Source of the DNA: Candidatus Limnocylindrales bacterium
Lineage (GTDB): Bacteria; Chloroflexota; Limnocylindria; Limnocylindrales; CSP1-4
Reading direction: 5' to 3'
NCBI GenBank assembly: GCA_040883225.1
Contig: JBFLKP010000251.1
Span: forward strand, 1 to 47,020
DNA length: 47,020 nt
Part shown: piece by piece, positions 29,965 through 38,899 of the stretch
Layout: each line of letters opens with the position of its first letter
Position numbering within the stretch: position 1 is the first letter of the stretch
Made by a program: the position numbers and the translations under genes
The notes under the pieces: model-generated
Told to the model about the DNA's origin: nothing
What the model saw: only the letters and a program-made list of their open reading frames with translations
Database searches by the model: none

Positions 29965-31539
29965 TCATTCCAGCGTGATGCCCTCGTCGGTGCGCTCGAA
30001 GGATCGGCCCGTCGCGAGCGCGACGCAGCGATAGGCACCGTCATAGATGCCCGAGCGCTTGTTCTTGACGATGCTCTCGCAGTACATCTCGAGGAGGTCG
30101 GACTCCTTGGTCAGGAGATCGATGGCCTGGAGCGTCCGCGGGATGGTGCGGGTCTCGATGGTGCCGTCGCCCAGCTCGGCGCTGCGGATGGCGCCCCAGG
30201 CCTCGTGTGCACCCACACGCTCGTTGAAGATCTTGGGGATGGGGTAGAAGGCCAGCTCGGACGGCTTGGTGATCATGACGTCGCTGACGCGCATGAGGTA
30301 GTTGGTGGCGTAGACCCCGTGGAACGTGTTGTCGAAGACGAACACGTGGAGCCCAGCCGCGTCGCCCTCGCGGATGTCATCGGCGAAGGCACGGGTCTCC
30401 TCCCACGTGCGATGGAGGTGGGCCGACGAGGCGGCCGAGCCAAGCTGGCCCTTGAGCCACTCCCAGTTGCCCTCGTGGTCACCGAGATTGACGAAGAGCG
30501 ACAGCTCGCCCCGTTCGATCAGCGGCCGGCTGTGTTCGACGATGGCCTTGAACAGCTCGCGCTGGGCCCCGGCGCCGCCCATCGTCAGCAGGAAGCGGCG
30601 CGGCTCGCCGGCGTTCATCCGGGCCAGCCGTGAGGCGCAGTCGAGCTCGATGTTCTCGACCAGCTCGTGGTCCACGTGGTGCCCGACGTACTCGATGGCA
30701 TCCGCCGGGGTGGGCTCCAGCAACCGGTCGTCCTCGTCGAACTGGTTCATGATCCGGAAGCCGTAATAGCCCGAGGGCGACTGCACCGCGTGGGTCGCAC
30801 CTTCGGTCAGCTGGAAGGCCATGGGCCAATTGTCGAACATCATGTCCACGACATTGGTCATGCCACCGGCCACCGCGCCCATGCAGTTCCACATGTGCGC
30901 TGTGAGGATGGGCATGTCCGGCGGCAGCGCGCGATGGAGGTTGGCGAAGAGCTCGCTCTTGCGGTAGTCGCGGGCGTTGGCCTTGAGGAAGCGCCAGGGC
31001 CAGCCGAGGGCGTAGCGGTTCAGCAGCCAATTCAGCCCGGGCAGCGTCCTGTCGCCCGAGGTCACCGACTCCCACACGTACTTGTTGAAGAGGCGGCTGC
31101 GCTGCGAGAGGCGTGAGTACCTCGAGTAGTTCGTGTTCCACCAGTCGATGGCGTCACGGGTGATGCCGGGGATGGCCAGCAGATCGAGCCAGTAGGGCTG
31201 GTAGCCGAGGGCGCGCGCCGCAGAGGCGCCGGCCATGGCGATGCGGTAGTGCCCGAAGCCCATGCGGATGGTCGAGATGACCACGCCTCGCTGCGGGTCG
31301 ATGGGATCACCCAGATCGTCGCGGCGGATCTCGCGAAGACCGAGCTCGGCACCGAGGAAGGCGTTGTCGTGCACGCTCAGCTGGTACCGCTCATCGGGGT
31401 CGTAGTCGAACTTGTCGATGAACATCTGCTGCCAACCGAGGGCCCGGCGGTCCTGGTCTTCGGTGATCGTGTTCCCGTAGAGCGAGAACTTCTTGCTGTC
31501 CACGTGCTGTCCCTTCGCCTCCGTCGCTATCGCACACAT
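29965..31539 (-). CDS. uncharacterised ~520-aa protein; GT-B-like (MGDG-synthase/UgtP-like GxGH and C-terminal motifs)
   Basis: High-GC3 ORF. VISTIRMGFGHYRIAMAGASAARALG resembles the N-terminal G-x-GH motif of GT28-type lipid glycosyltransferases. LLTMGGAGAQ and SDVMITKPSELAFYPIPK resemble their C-terminal half. ATG 31539 is used, but GTG 31503 has a better purine-rich upstream stretch. The 238-aa N-terminal extension in the ORF track was rejected. Confidence 0.65.
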   Translation of the reverse strand: MCAIATEAKGQHVDSKKFSLYGNTITEDQDRRALGWQQMFIDKFDYDPDERYQLSVHDNAFLGAELGLREIRRDDLGDPIDPQRGVVISTIRMGFGHYRIAMAGASAARALGYQPYWLDLLAIPGITRDAIDWWNTNYSRYSRLSQRSRLFNKYVWESVTSGDRTLPGLNWLLNRYALGWPWRFLKANARDYRKSELFANLHRALPPDMPILTAHMWNCMGAVAGGMTNVVDMMFDNWPMAFQLTEGATHAVQSPSGYYGFRIMNQFDEDDRLLEPTPADAIEYVGHHVDHELVENIELDCASRLARMNAGEPRRFLLTMGGAGAQRELFKAIVEHSRPLIERGELSLFVNLGDHEGNWEWLKGQLGSAASSAHLHRTWEETRAFADDIREGDAAGLHVFVFDNTFHGVYATNYLMRVSDVMITKPSELAFYPIPKIFNERVGAHEAWGAIRSAELGDGTIETRTIPRTLQAIDLLTKESDLLEMYCESIVKNKRSGIYDGAYRCVALATGRSFERTDEGITLE

Positions 31540-31761
31540 GCTAGCGGGCGACGACGGGCCCAAGACAAGCAGGCGGGACCCGCGGTACCCTGTGGCCGTC
31601 GTCGGCGACCATCGCCCCAGCGATGGTGGGCCGAGGCGGTACGAAAGTGGCCAGTGCCCGGCCCGATCGAGCCCCAGCTCGAGGTGCCGCTGCGACACAG
31701 GGAGAACCGACGGAGGCCCGCCGTTGACCATCGCCGTGCGGCAGCCCGAAGGAGTTGCCGA

Positions 31762-32364
31762 ATGAAGCGCTCGAGCGCCCCAGCGCCCATCCTCATCGCG
31801 ATCGCGAGCATGATCACGCTCACGCTGGTCGCCTTCACCGCAGCCCCGGCCGGTGCCATCGAGCCCTGGCGCGCGAAAGCGGCGGAGGACGTCGCGGTCC
31901 GCCTCACCAAGTGCATCCGCAGCGGTGGCCACGTGACCAGGGCGGGCAAGTGCCGCGGCTGGGGCAAGGGCATCTACGCGAAGAGGCTGCCGGACATCAA
32001 GCGCAGTCGGAAGATCTCCAACAAGGTCTCCGTGCCGTGGGCCAAGAGATCGGTCAAGTGGCAAGGGACCCGGAGCTGCTGGATCGGCCACAGCAAGAAC
32101 GGCTCCACGGTCGACAAGCGCTTCGCGGCAGCCAGCCTCAAGCACATCGCCAACGGCGAGAATATGGGCTGCGGCCTCTACGGCAGCGGCAAGACGACGG
32201 TCATCCGCATCGTGCGCATGTGGCAGGCGGAGAAGTCGTACAACGGTCCGCACTGGCGCCAGATCCGGGACCGGGACTTCAAGAGCTTCGGCGTGGGCGT
32301 CGCCCGCTACGGCAAGCGCAAGTCCCAGATCGTCGTCAACTTCTACGGCAAGCTGGTGCCCTGA
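31762..32364 (+). CDS. secreted CAP (SCP/PR-1-like) domain protein
   Basis: GAAGGAG lies 7 nt upstream of ATG 31762. It has a signal peptide (ILIAIASMITLTLVAFTAAPAGA). The C-terminal GPHWRQIRDRDFKSFGVGVARYG...VVNFYG resembles bacterial CAP/YkwD domains. Confidence 0.7.
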   Translation: MKRSSAPAPILIAIASMITLTLVAFTAAPAGAIEPWRAKAAEDVAVRLTKCIRSGGHVTRAGKCRGWGKGIYAKRLPDIKRSRKISNKVSVPWAKRSVKWQGTRSCWIGHSKNGSTVDKRFAAASLKHIANGENMGCGLYGSGKTTVIRIVRMWQAEKSYNGPHWRQIRDRDFKSFGVGVARYGKRKSQIVVNFYGKLVP

Positions 32365-32653
32365 CCGCGTTCAGACCAGCCACCTTTCCAGGGCCGGGCC
32401 ACTGGTCCGGCTCTGCCGACCCGAACGGCCGGCCACGCAAGGAGTCAGGCGGCCTTGACGCAGACCGTCCAGCGAGCCTACCGCTATTGGGCCGAATGGC
32501 CCGGCAGACCCCACCCGAGAACCGTCATCATGACCCCAACGAACAGTAAGTCTCTGCCCATTCTCGACCGAAAGGGGTCGGGACCCAGAGACGCGGGACA
32601 TCCGGCCGGTTCCCATCTCATCGGCCGGCAAGACAGAAGGGAGCCCCCACCCT

Positions 32654-33400
32654 ATGGCTTCACGGCTTCGGATCACCGGCGTGGTCCTCATCCTCCTCGG
32701 CATCGTCGCGTTGGGCGCGTCGGGCTACACCTACATCCGCACGCAGGACAGCGCCGACTCCCTGCAGGGCTTCAGCGAGGCCCAGGACGTCAACCTCAGC
32801 TACAACGCTGACGGCCAGCTCATCGACCGTGGTTCGACCGAGGGCGCGGACGCCATCCTCGAGCTGCTGGGCGAGACCTGGCGCTGGCCCATCGTCGACG
32901 CCGAGCTCGATCCGAACGACCCGCTCGTCAACACGGCCACCGAGTACATGTACCAGATGGCCACCATCGCCTACCACACGCTCACGGGCACCCAGGACGT
33001 GGTCCTGACCGAGGTGGCCGAGTGGGACGGCGACGGCGAGGAGGGCATCTCCGACGACGCGGTGGTGTACTTCGGTGGTGCGTGGGATCCGTCGACGAGC
33101 GGCGTCGACGAGGTCTTCAACCCCGGCGTCTACGAGGTCCCGGTGGACGGGCGTTACTGGACGCAGTTCAACCGCCTGCACCCGCTCGACGGCCCGGCTC
33201 GCGAGCAGACCTGGAGCGGCACGGTCCACGGCCTCTTCGCCGAGCTCGGCGTGGGCGCCGTGACGGCCTCGCTCGCGCAGGTCGGCGTCGGCATCGCGGC
33301 AGTGGTCCTGCTCATGGGCCTCGGCTTCCTGTCCACCGGCATCCTGCTCATCTGGACCGCCATGGCCAAGAAGGAGGAGGAGCCACCCGCCACCGCCTAG
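32654..33400 (+). CDS. hypothetical bitopic membrane protein (N- and C-terminal TM helices flanking an acidic ~180-aa extracytoplasmic domain)
   Basis: The TM helices are ITGVVLILLGIVALGASGY and VGIAAVVLLMGLGFLSTGILLIW. The frame has high GC3. I recognised no family. Confidence 0.65.
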   Translation: MASRLRITGVVLILLGIVALGASGYTYIRTQDSADSLQGFSEAQDVNLSYNADGQLIDRGSTEGADAILELLGETWRWPIVDAELDPNDPLVNTATEYMYQMATIAYHTLTGTQDVVLTEVAEWDGDGEEGISDDAVVYFGGAWDPSTSGVDEVFNPGVYEVPVDGRYWTQFNRLHPLDGPAREQTWSGTVHGLFAELGVGAVTASLAQVGVGIAAVVLLMGLGFLSTGILLIWTAMAKKEEEPPATA

Positions 33401-33442
33401 GCGGAGGGACCGCGGACGCTCGCGTCCGCACCGCTCAAGGAG

Positions 33443-33472
33443 GAAGCCGCCGGTCGTGAGGCCGGCGGCTTC
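33443..33472. terminator. bidirectional stem-loop between convergent genes
   Basis: GAAGCCGCCGG-N8-CCGGCGGCTTC forms a perfect 11-bp stem, preceded by a second small hairpin GCGGACG-CTCG-CGTCCGC. Confidence 0.5.
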
Positions 33473-33539
33473 GACGTGCGCCTGGCCTCCATGGCCCCGA
33501 GCCGTTCGGCACGAGAGCTCGATCGCGGCCGGCGAACCC

Positions 33540-34508
33540 TCAGTCGACGGGCTTCATGACCCGGTCGAAGAGCTTCTGCTGCTCGAGCACCTTGGGCGTG
33601 ATGGTGTAGGTCCCGGCCAACTGGCGGGCGTAGCGGCCGGGCTCGAGCACGATCGAGCGCACCTTGTCGAGGTCGGCGCTCCCGGCCAGCTCGAGCAGCG
33701 CCGGCGCGGCACGGTAGGGCAAGTCGGTCACGATCTTCTTGCGCGCCACCTCCACCAGTGATGGGAGCTGAGCCGGACCGCGCTTGCGCACCTTCTGGGC
33801 CGCCGACGTCAACACCTGGTGTTGCCGACGTGAGCGGTCGTAGTCGCTGTCAGTGTGGCGCGAGCGCGAGAAGGCGAGGGCCTTGCGGCCGTCGAGCTCG
33901 CGCAGCCCCTTCTTCAGCCTGAGCCCGTCCTTGCCGATGTGCATCGTGGGATCCACGAGGGACTCCTTCAGCCGGACGTCGATGCCACCGATGCTGTTGA
34001 TGAGGCGGGTGAGCCCGTCGAACTCCACGAGCGCGTAGTAGTCGATCTCGACGCCGAAGGCGTTCGAGAGGTCGCGCTTGACCTTCTTCAGCGCCTGCTT
34101 GGGCTTGCCGGAGGCGCGCTCGTAGTCCCAGTAGAGCGAGTTGATCCGGCCGGGGTAGACCCTGCCCGGAGCGATAGGCACGTTGACCGTGTCCCGCGGC
34201 AGGCTGACCATGGCGACCTTGCCGGACCTCGGGTTCACCGAGGCCACGATGATGGCGTCGGTGCGTGAGCCGATGACGCCCTCGCGGTAGTCGCTGCCCA
34301 GGATCAGGACCGTCAGTCGACCGTCCGTACCCACCAGATCGGCCACTCGCAGGGGCGGCTTGGTGGGCTCGGGCGTGGGGTCCGCCTTGGCGACCTTGGT
34401 GCCGGTACGACCGTCTGCCGGTCCGTCCGCGTCCGCGCCCGTGCCGGCACAGCCGCTCACGGCCAGCGTGAGGACAAGGGTGAACACAGCGAGCAGCGCT
34501 CGGCTCAT
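33540..34508 (-). CDS. LCP (LytR-CpsA-Psr) family cell-wall glycopolymer ligase, lipoprotein-type signal
   Basis: Has a lipobox LAVSGC, and LILGSDYREG..SRTDAIIVASVNP...MVSLPRDT ... RSRHTDSDYDRSRRQ is the canonical LCP core. Confidence 0.9.
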   Translation of the reverse strand: MSRALLAVFTLVLTLAVSGCAGTGADADGPADGRTGTKVAKADPTPEPTKPPLRVADLVGTDGRLTVLILGSDYREGVIGSRTDAIIVASVNPRSGKVAMVSLPRDTVNVPIAPGRVYPGRINSLYWDYERASGKPKQALKKVKRDLSNAFGVEIDYYALVEFDGLTRLINSIGGIDVRLKESLVDPTMHIGKDGLRLKKGLRELDGRKALAFSRSRHTDSDYDRSRRQHQVLTSAAQKVRKRGPAQLPSLVEVARKKIVTDLPYRAAPALLELAGSADLDKVRSIVLEPGRYARQLAGTYTITPKVLEQQKLFDRVMKPVD

Positions 34509-34686
34509 GCGGGGCGGGATCTCCTAGCTGGTCGTGCGAGGACTCGTCACGGCCGGACGGGATCTGGGCACACCTCCCGACGGAGGGACCCCGCGCCGAT
34601 GTGCGAACGGTGGCCCGAGTCTAGCGTCGCGTGGCGGTTCCTGCCGGGGTGTTGCGTTCGGTCACCAGGCGCTACCATCTCCGCTC

Positions 34687-34902
34687 ATGTGCCGATCCAT
34701 CAAGACACTGCGGGGGTCCGCCGAGCCGGTCAGCGACGAGGACGTTCGCGCCGCCGCGCTGCAATACGTGCGCAAGCTGAGCGGCTATCGCCAGCCCTCA
34801 CGGGCCAACGCGGCGGCCTTCGAGGCTGCCGTCGACGAGGTCGCGGCGGCTACCAGCAGGCTGCTCGATGGGCTCGTCGTACGCGGGAGCGCTGGCCACT
34901 AG
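34687..34902 (+). CDS. DUF2277 family small protein
   Basis: MCRSIKTLRGSAEPVSDEDVRAAALQYVRKLSGYRQPS matches the conserved N-terminus I recall for DUF2277. The start is trimmed to M52 of ORF 34534..34902. Confidence 0.7.
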   Translation: MCRSIKTLRGSAEPVSDEDVRAAALQYVRKLSGYRQPSRANAAAFEAAVDEVAAATSRLLDGLVVRGSAGH

Positions 34903-34917
34903 GCGAAGGCCCCTGCC

Positions 34918-37900
34918 CTAGCCGTCCGCCGCGGCCGGAGCGTCGTGCGCGACCGGATGCGCCGCGGCCGACCGAGGCTCGTCGGTGTCACCGCCGCCGA
35001 AGCGGGCGTGGAACCCGGCCTTGGCGCCCTCGACCAGCGAGTACAGGACCGGGATGACGATGAGCGTCAGGAAGGTGGAGCTGAAGAGGCCGCCGATGAC
35101 GACGGTGGCCAGCTCCTCCGCGATGATCGAGCCGTGGGCGAAGCCGAGCGCCACGGGCGTCAGCGCCAGCATCGTGGCGATGGCCGTCATGAGGATGGGC
35201 CGCACGCGCACCCTGGCGCCACCCACGAGCGCGTCGTAGACGCCGTCACCCCGGGCCCGCCGTTGCTCCACGAAGTCGAGCAGCACGATGGCGTTGGTGA
35301 CCACGATGCCGATGAGCATGAGCATGCCGACCATGGCGCTGATGCCCAGCGAGTGGCCGGTGATGGCCAATGCGGGGAAGGCGCCGATCGCCGCCAGCGG
35401 CAGGCTGAAGAGGATGATGAAGGGCGTGATGAGCGAGCCGAGGGCGAGCACCATCACGACATAGACCACGAGGATGGCGAAGGCCATGGCGAAGTAGAGC
35501 GCGTCGAAGGCCTCGGCCATCTCCGCGGTGGCTCCGGCGAAGGTCGTCTCGACCGAGGCGGGGATGCGTCCGTCCTCACGCAGCGCATCGATGGCTCGGG
35601 CCGCCTCTTCGGCCACGGCGCCGGTGTCGTCGGTGATGATCTCGGCCGTCACCGTTGCGGCCGGTGCCCCGTTCACGCGGGTGACGGTGCTGCGCACCTC
35701 GACCACCGCCACATCGGCCACCTGGCCCAGCGGTGCGCTGCCGGCCATCCCGCTGACCGGGAGCCGCTTCAGGACCTCGATGCTGTCAAGGCCGGTGTCC
35801 GAGACCCGCATCCGGGCCTCGAGCGTGCCTTCGCTCTCGAGGGTGTACGCACCGAGCGGGGTGCCGACGAGGACCTCGCGCACGCTGGTGCCGACCTGGG
35901 CCGTGGTGGAACCGATCATCATGGCCCGGTTGGGGTCGACCGCCACGCGTACCTGGGGCGCCTCGGCGACCGCGTCGCTGGTGACGTTGTCGAGGCCGTC
36001 GATCGCGCGCAGCTCCTCGGCCACGACCGCGCTGGCCGCCGCGATGGCTTCGACATCGGGACCACTGACCACGATGGACATGCTGGACATGCCCATGGCC
36101 ATCGGGCTTTCGCCCGAGACGATGACCTCGAAGCCGTCGCTCGATAGGTGCTCGAGCTCGGACTTGATCTGGGCTCGCGACGCCTCGGGGTCGTTGCCGT
36201 CCCGGATGCGCACGGTCATGGCCGCGCTGTTGGCAGGGCGACCGGCGAAGAGCGCCTGCAGAGCCTGGGAGCCGGTATCGCCCTCGCCGGGGATGGTCGA
36301 CATGACCAGGTCCTGATCCTCGCGAGCGAGCAGGATCCGCTCGGCCTCGAGCGTACGGGTCGCGACCGCCTCCGACGAGGCCGCCTGTGGTGGCGCGACG
36401 GTGATCGAGACGAGGTTCTCACCACCCATGTCGATGAAGCCCTGGGGCAGGTTCGCGGCCATGGCCAGGGCCGCGAACGAGAGCAGGCCGGCGATGCCGA
36501 GCGTGGCCCACTTCGTTCGCCGGCCACGCAGGGCCAGCTCGAGCACGGGCGTGTAGAGCCGTTGCCAGATGGTCTCCGGCGGCTCGCCGTGCTCGTCGAC
36601 CTCGGCTCTGATCCTGTCCATGAAGAGGTAGGCCAGCACAGGCACGACCGTGAGAGCCACGACGAGCGAGGCCAGCATGGCGAAGGTCACGGCCAGGCCG
36701 AAAGGCAGGAAGAACACGCCCACGAGGCCGCCCACGAAGCTGATGGGCAGGAAGATGGCCACGGTGGTGACCGTGCTGACGGTGATGGCCGTGGCCACCT
36801 CACGCACGCCGTTGATGACGGCGTCGCGTTTGTCGTCGCCCATGCCCCGGTGTCGGAAGATGTTCTCAAGCACGACGATCGAATCGTCGACCACGCGCCC
36901 GACGGCCACGGTCAGGCCGCTGAGGGTCAGGATGTTGACGGTCAGACCGAAGGTGTTGAAGAGGGCGATGCCCATGAACAGCGAGAGCGGGATGCTGATG
37001 GCGGCCACGATGGTCGTGCGCACGCTGCGCAGGAAGAGGAAGATCACGAGCACCGCGAAGAGGCCGCCCAGCAGGCCCTCCTGCATCAGGCCCTCGACCG
37101 ACTCGGTGATGTAGTCGGCCTGGTCGGTGATGGTTTCGATGACGATGATGTCCCCGTAGGTCTCGAGGGCATCGTCGAAGACCGCGTGGATCTCCTCGGA
37201 GACCTGCACGGTATTGCCACCGGAGGCCATCGAGACCGAAACCGTCAGCGAGGGCTCGCCGTTGGTCCGGGCGTAGCCGGATTCGGCGAGCGCGGCGGCC
37301 TCCACCGTGGCGATCTCTCCGAGCGTGACCGGAATGGGCATGGCCGCGAGGGCCTCGGTCAGCTGGCGCAGGCCGGACAGGCGGCCGAGCAGGCTGTCAG
37401 CCTCCTCGTCGGTCGCCGCCTCGTCATCGGCGGGCCCTTCGGCGGGAGCCGTCGGAGCCGTCCCGCTCGTGCCCGCCGGCACCCCACCGGCCCCGCCGCT
37501 GGAACCCACGATCTGGGCCTTCAGCTCGGCGACCGAGCGGTAGCCGTGCTCCGTCGAGACGGGCAGCCGCAGGCCGGCATCGTCCATGGACCCAGCCGGC
37601 AGGGTGATCTGGTTGGCGTAGAGGATGCCCTGCACCTGCTGCAGGCTGATGCCGTGCTCGGCCATGGCCTCGGGATCGAGGACGATGTCGAGGATGGGCG
37701 TGGTGCCACCGGTGAGATCGGCGGTGGACACGCCGTCGACGCCCTGCAAGCGGGGCACGATCTCGTGGCGAGCGATGTCGGCCGCGAGATCGGGGTCGGC
37801 GCCCGGGGCCGTGCCCACGGTGGCGGTCACGACGGGCAGCTGGTCCATGCTGAAGGACATCACCATCGGCTCGACGGTCTCGGGGAGCTGGGCACTGCCG

Positions 37901-38238
37901 ACGGCACGCTCGACGTCGTCGACAGCCGCCTCGACGTCGGTGCCGAAGTCGAACTCGGCGAAGATCATCGACATCGAGTTGGCCGAGCTCGATTGCGAGC
38001 CCTCGAGGTCGGGCACGTTGATGAGCGACTGCTCGAGCGGCATCGTGACCTGCTCGGCGACGGTCTCGGCACCCGCGCCGGGCATGGGGCTGATGACCAT
38101 CACGAAGGGCAGCGAGATGTCCGGGATCAGCTCCTGCTTGAGGTTCGCCCAGGAGTACACGCCCGCGAGGAAGACGCTGATCGAGAGCAGGATGATGACG
38201 CTCTTCTGCCGCAGGGAGAACTCGGTCAGCCGGATCAT
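34918..38238 (-). CDS. efflux RND transporter permease (AcrB/SwrC-like), copy 1, 1106 aa
   Basis: Has 12-TM RND architecture and conserved TM4 and TM10 segments (GLTVAVGRVVDDSIVVLENI, LMLIGIVVTNAIVLLDF). An ATGA overlap joins it to the upstream marR. Confidence 0.9.
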   Translation of the reverse strand: MIRLTEFSLRQKSVIILLSISVFLAGVYSWANLKQELIPDISLPFVMVISPMPGAGAETVAEQVTMPLEQSLINVPDLEGSQSSSANSMSMIFAEFDFGTDVEAAVDDVERAVGSAQLPETVEPMVMSFSMDQLPVVTATVGTAPGADPDLAADIARHEIVPRLQGVDGVSTADLTGGTTPILDIVLDPEAMAEHGISLQQVQGILYANQITLPAGSMDDAGLRLPVSTEHGYRSVAELKAQIVGSSGGAGGVPAGTSGTAPTAPAEGPADDEAATDEEADSLLGRLSGLRQLTEALAAMPIPVTLGEIATVEAAALAESGYARTNGEPSLTVSVSMASGGNTVQVSEEIHAVFDDALETYGDIIVIETITDQADYITESVEGLMQEGLLGGLFAVLVIFLFLRSVRTTIVAAISIPLSLFMGIALFNTFGLTVNILTLSGLTVAVGRVVDDSIVVLENIFRHRGMGDDKRDAVINGVREVATAITVSTVTTVAIFLPISFVGGLVGVFFLPFGLAVTFAMLASLVVALTVVPVLAYLFMDRIRAEVDEHGEPPETIWQRLYTPVLELALRGRRTKWATLGIAGLLSFAALAMAANLPQGFIDMGGENLVSITVAPPQAASSEAVATRTLEAERILLAREDQDLVMSTIPGEGDTGSQALQALFAGRPANSAAMTVRIRDGNDPEASRAQIKSELEHLSSDGFEVIVSGESPMAMGMSSMSIVVSGPDVEAIAAASAVVAEELRAIDGLDNVTSDAVAEAPQVRVAVDPNRAMMIGSTTAQVGTSVREVLVGTPLGAYTLESEGTLEARMRVSDTGLDSIEVLKRLPVSGMAGSAPLGQVADVAVVEVRSTVTRVNGAPAATVTAEIITDDTGAVAEEAARAIDALREDGRIPASVETTFAGATAEMAEAFDALYFAMAFAILVVYVVMVLALGSLITPFIILFSLPLAAIGAFPALAITGHSLGISAMVGMLMLIGIVVTNAIVLLDFVEQRRARGDGVYDALVGGARVRVRPILMTAIATMLALTPVALGFAHGSIIAEELATVVIGGLFSSTFLTLIVIPVLYSLVEGAKAGFHARFGGGDTDEPRSAAAHPVAHDAPAAADG

Positions 38239-38777
38239 GCACGTGTCCTTTCGGGTGCCTGGGTCTGGGGGACGTCTTGGGCGATCCGGCGGGCCTCGCG
38301 CTCGAGCGCCACGACGCCCTTTCGCAGCCCGTGGAGCTCGGCGAGGCTGAGGCCGGCGATGAGCTCGCCGAGCTTCTCCGAGGGCAGCTCGTGGAGGCGC
38401 TGGACGAGGGCTCGGCCGCGCGCGGTCAGCACCACCAGCTGGTGGCGCCGATCGTCGGGGTCGGGGCGACGCTCGAGATGGCCGGACGCCACCAGGCGCT
38501 CGACGAGGCCGCTGGCCGCGGGCAGGCCGATGCGCAGGTGTGCCGCCAGCGAAGAGATGGGCATCGAGGGGTTGACGTCCACGAGCATCAGGCAGCGCGC
38601 CTGCGGCATCGTGACCTCGACGTCGGCGAGGTCGAGCTGTCGCCAGCGCGCGACGTGCTGCATCAGGGTCTCGAACCGCCGCAGGATGTCCCCCCGCAGC
38701 TCGGCCGATGACTCGCTCAAGGGTCCGTCCGTTCCGCCGTTACGGTTCTGTGCGAGCGAATAGTTCGCATATGACAA
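38235..38777 (-). CDS. MarR family transcriptional regulator, copy 1
   Basis: Has winged-helix segments TMPQARCLMLV...ISSLAAHLRIGLPAASGLVERLVASGHLERRPDPDDRRHQLVVLTARG. TTG 38777 is uncertain as the start. TTG 38720 would give an N-terminus collinear with copy 2. Confidence 0.85.
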   Translation of the reverse strand: MSYANYSLAQNRNGGTDGPLSESSAELRGDILRRFETLMQHVARWRQLDLADVEVTMPQARCLMLVDVNPSMPISSLAAHLRIGLPAASGLVERLVASGHLERRPDPDDRRHQLVVLTARGRALVQRLHELPSEKLGELIAGLSLAELHGLRKGVVALEREARRIAQDVPQTQAPERTRA

Positions 38778-38899
38778 ATGATAGTGCCAGTGCGAACGAC
38801 CTTGCGGAGAGCCGGTCGTCCCGTCTTCGTGGGGCCGCAGGTACCAGAAGACCCGGCCGCTCAGAGCGACCGGGTCTGCCTGTGCGGGCTCGTGGGTGG

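Noticed and set aside
31540-32253. 238-aa N-terminal extension of the 762-aa minus-strand ORF
   Set aside because: The extension is Arg/Pro/Gly-rich. It overlaps the well-supported CAP-domain gene on the other strand, which has a GAAGGAG Shine-Dalgarno sequence and a signal peptide. Coding-like sequence begins only near ATG 31539 / GTG 31503.
32365-32653. 289-bp leader upstream of the bitopic membrane protein, considered as a cyclic-di-AMP (ydaO-type) riboswitch because of GGGACCCA and several hairpins
   Set aside because: The other conserved ydaO blocks as I remember them (GGGGUGAAU, ACCUCGUA-like 3' segment) are absent, and no pseudo-two-fold symmetry is visible. It remains an unexplained long leader. 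An Infernal scan against Rfam would settle it.
37604-37695. 92-nt stretch about 96 percent identical between the two RND genes (counterpart at 41586-41677), considered as a gene-conversion tract
   Set aside because: The encoded peptides are nearly identical here. With almost every codon forced to end in G/C, identical amino acids give near-identical DNA without invoking conversion. A formal test (GENECONV, or synonymous divergence along the alignment) would be needed.
36148-38763. 871-aa plus-strand ORF
   Set aside because: It lies antisense to RND copy 1 and marR copy 1. The product is a low-complexity Gly/Arg/Asp/His-rich translation. The minus-strand genes are clearly real.
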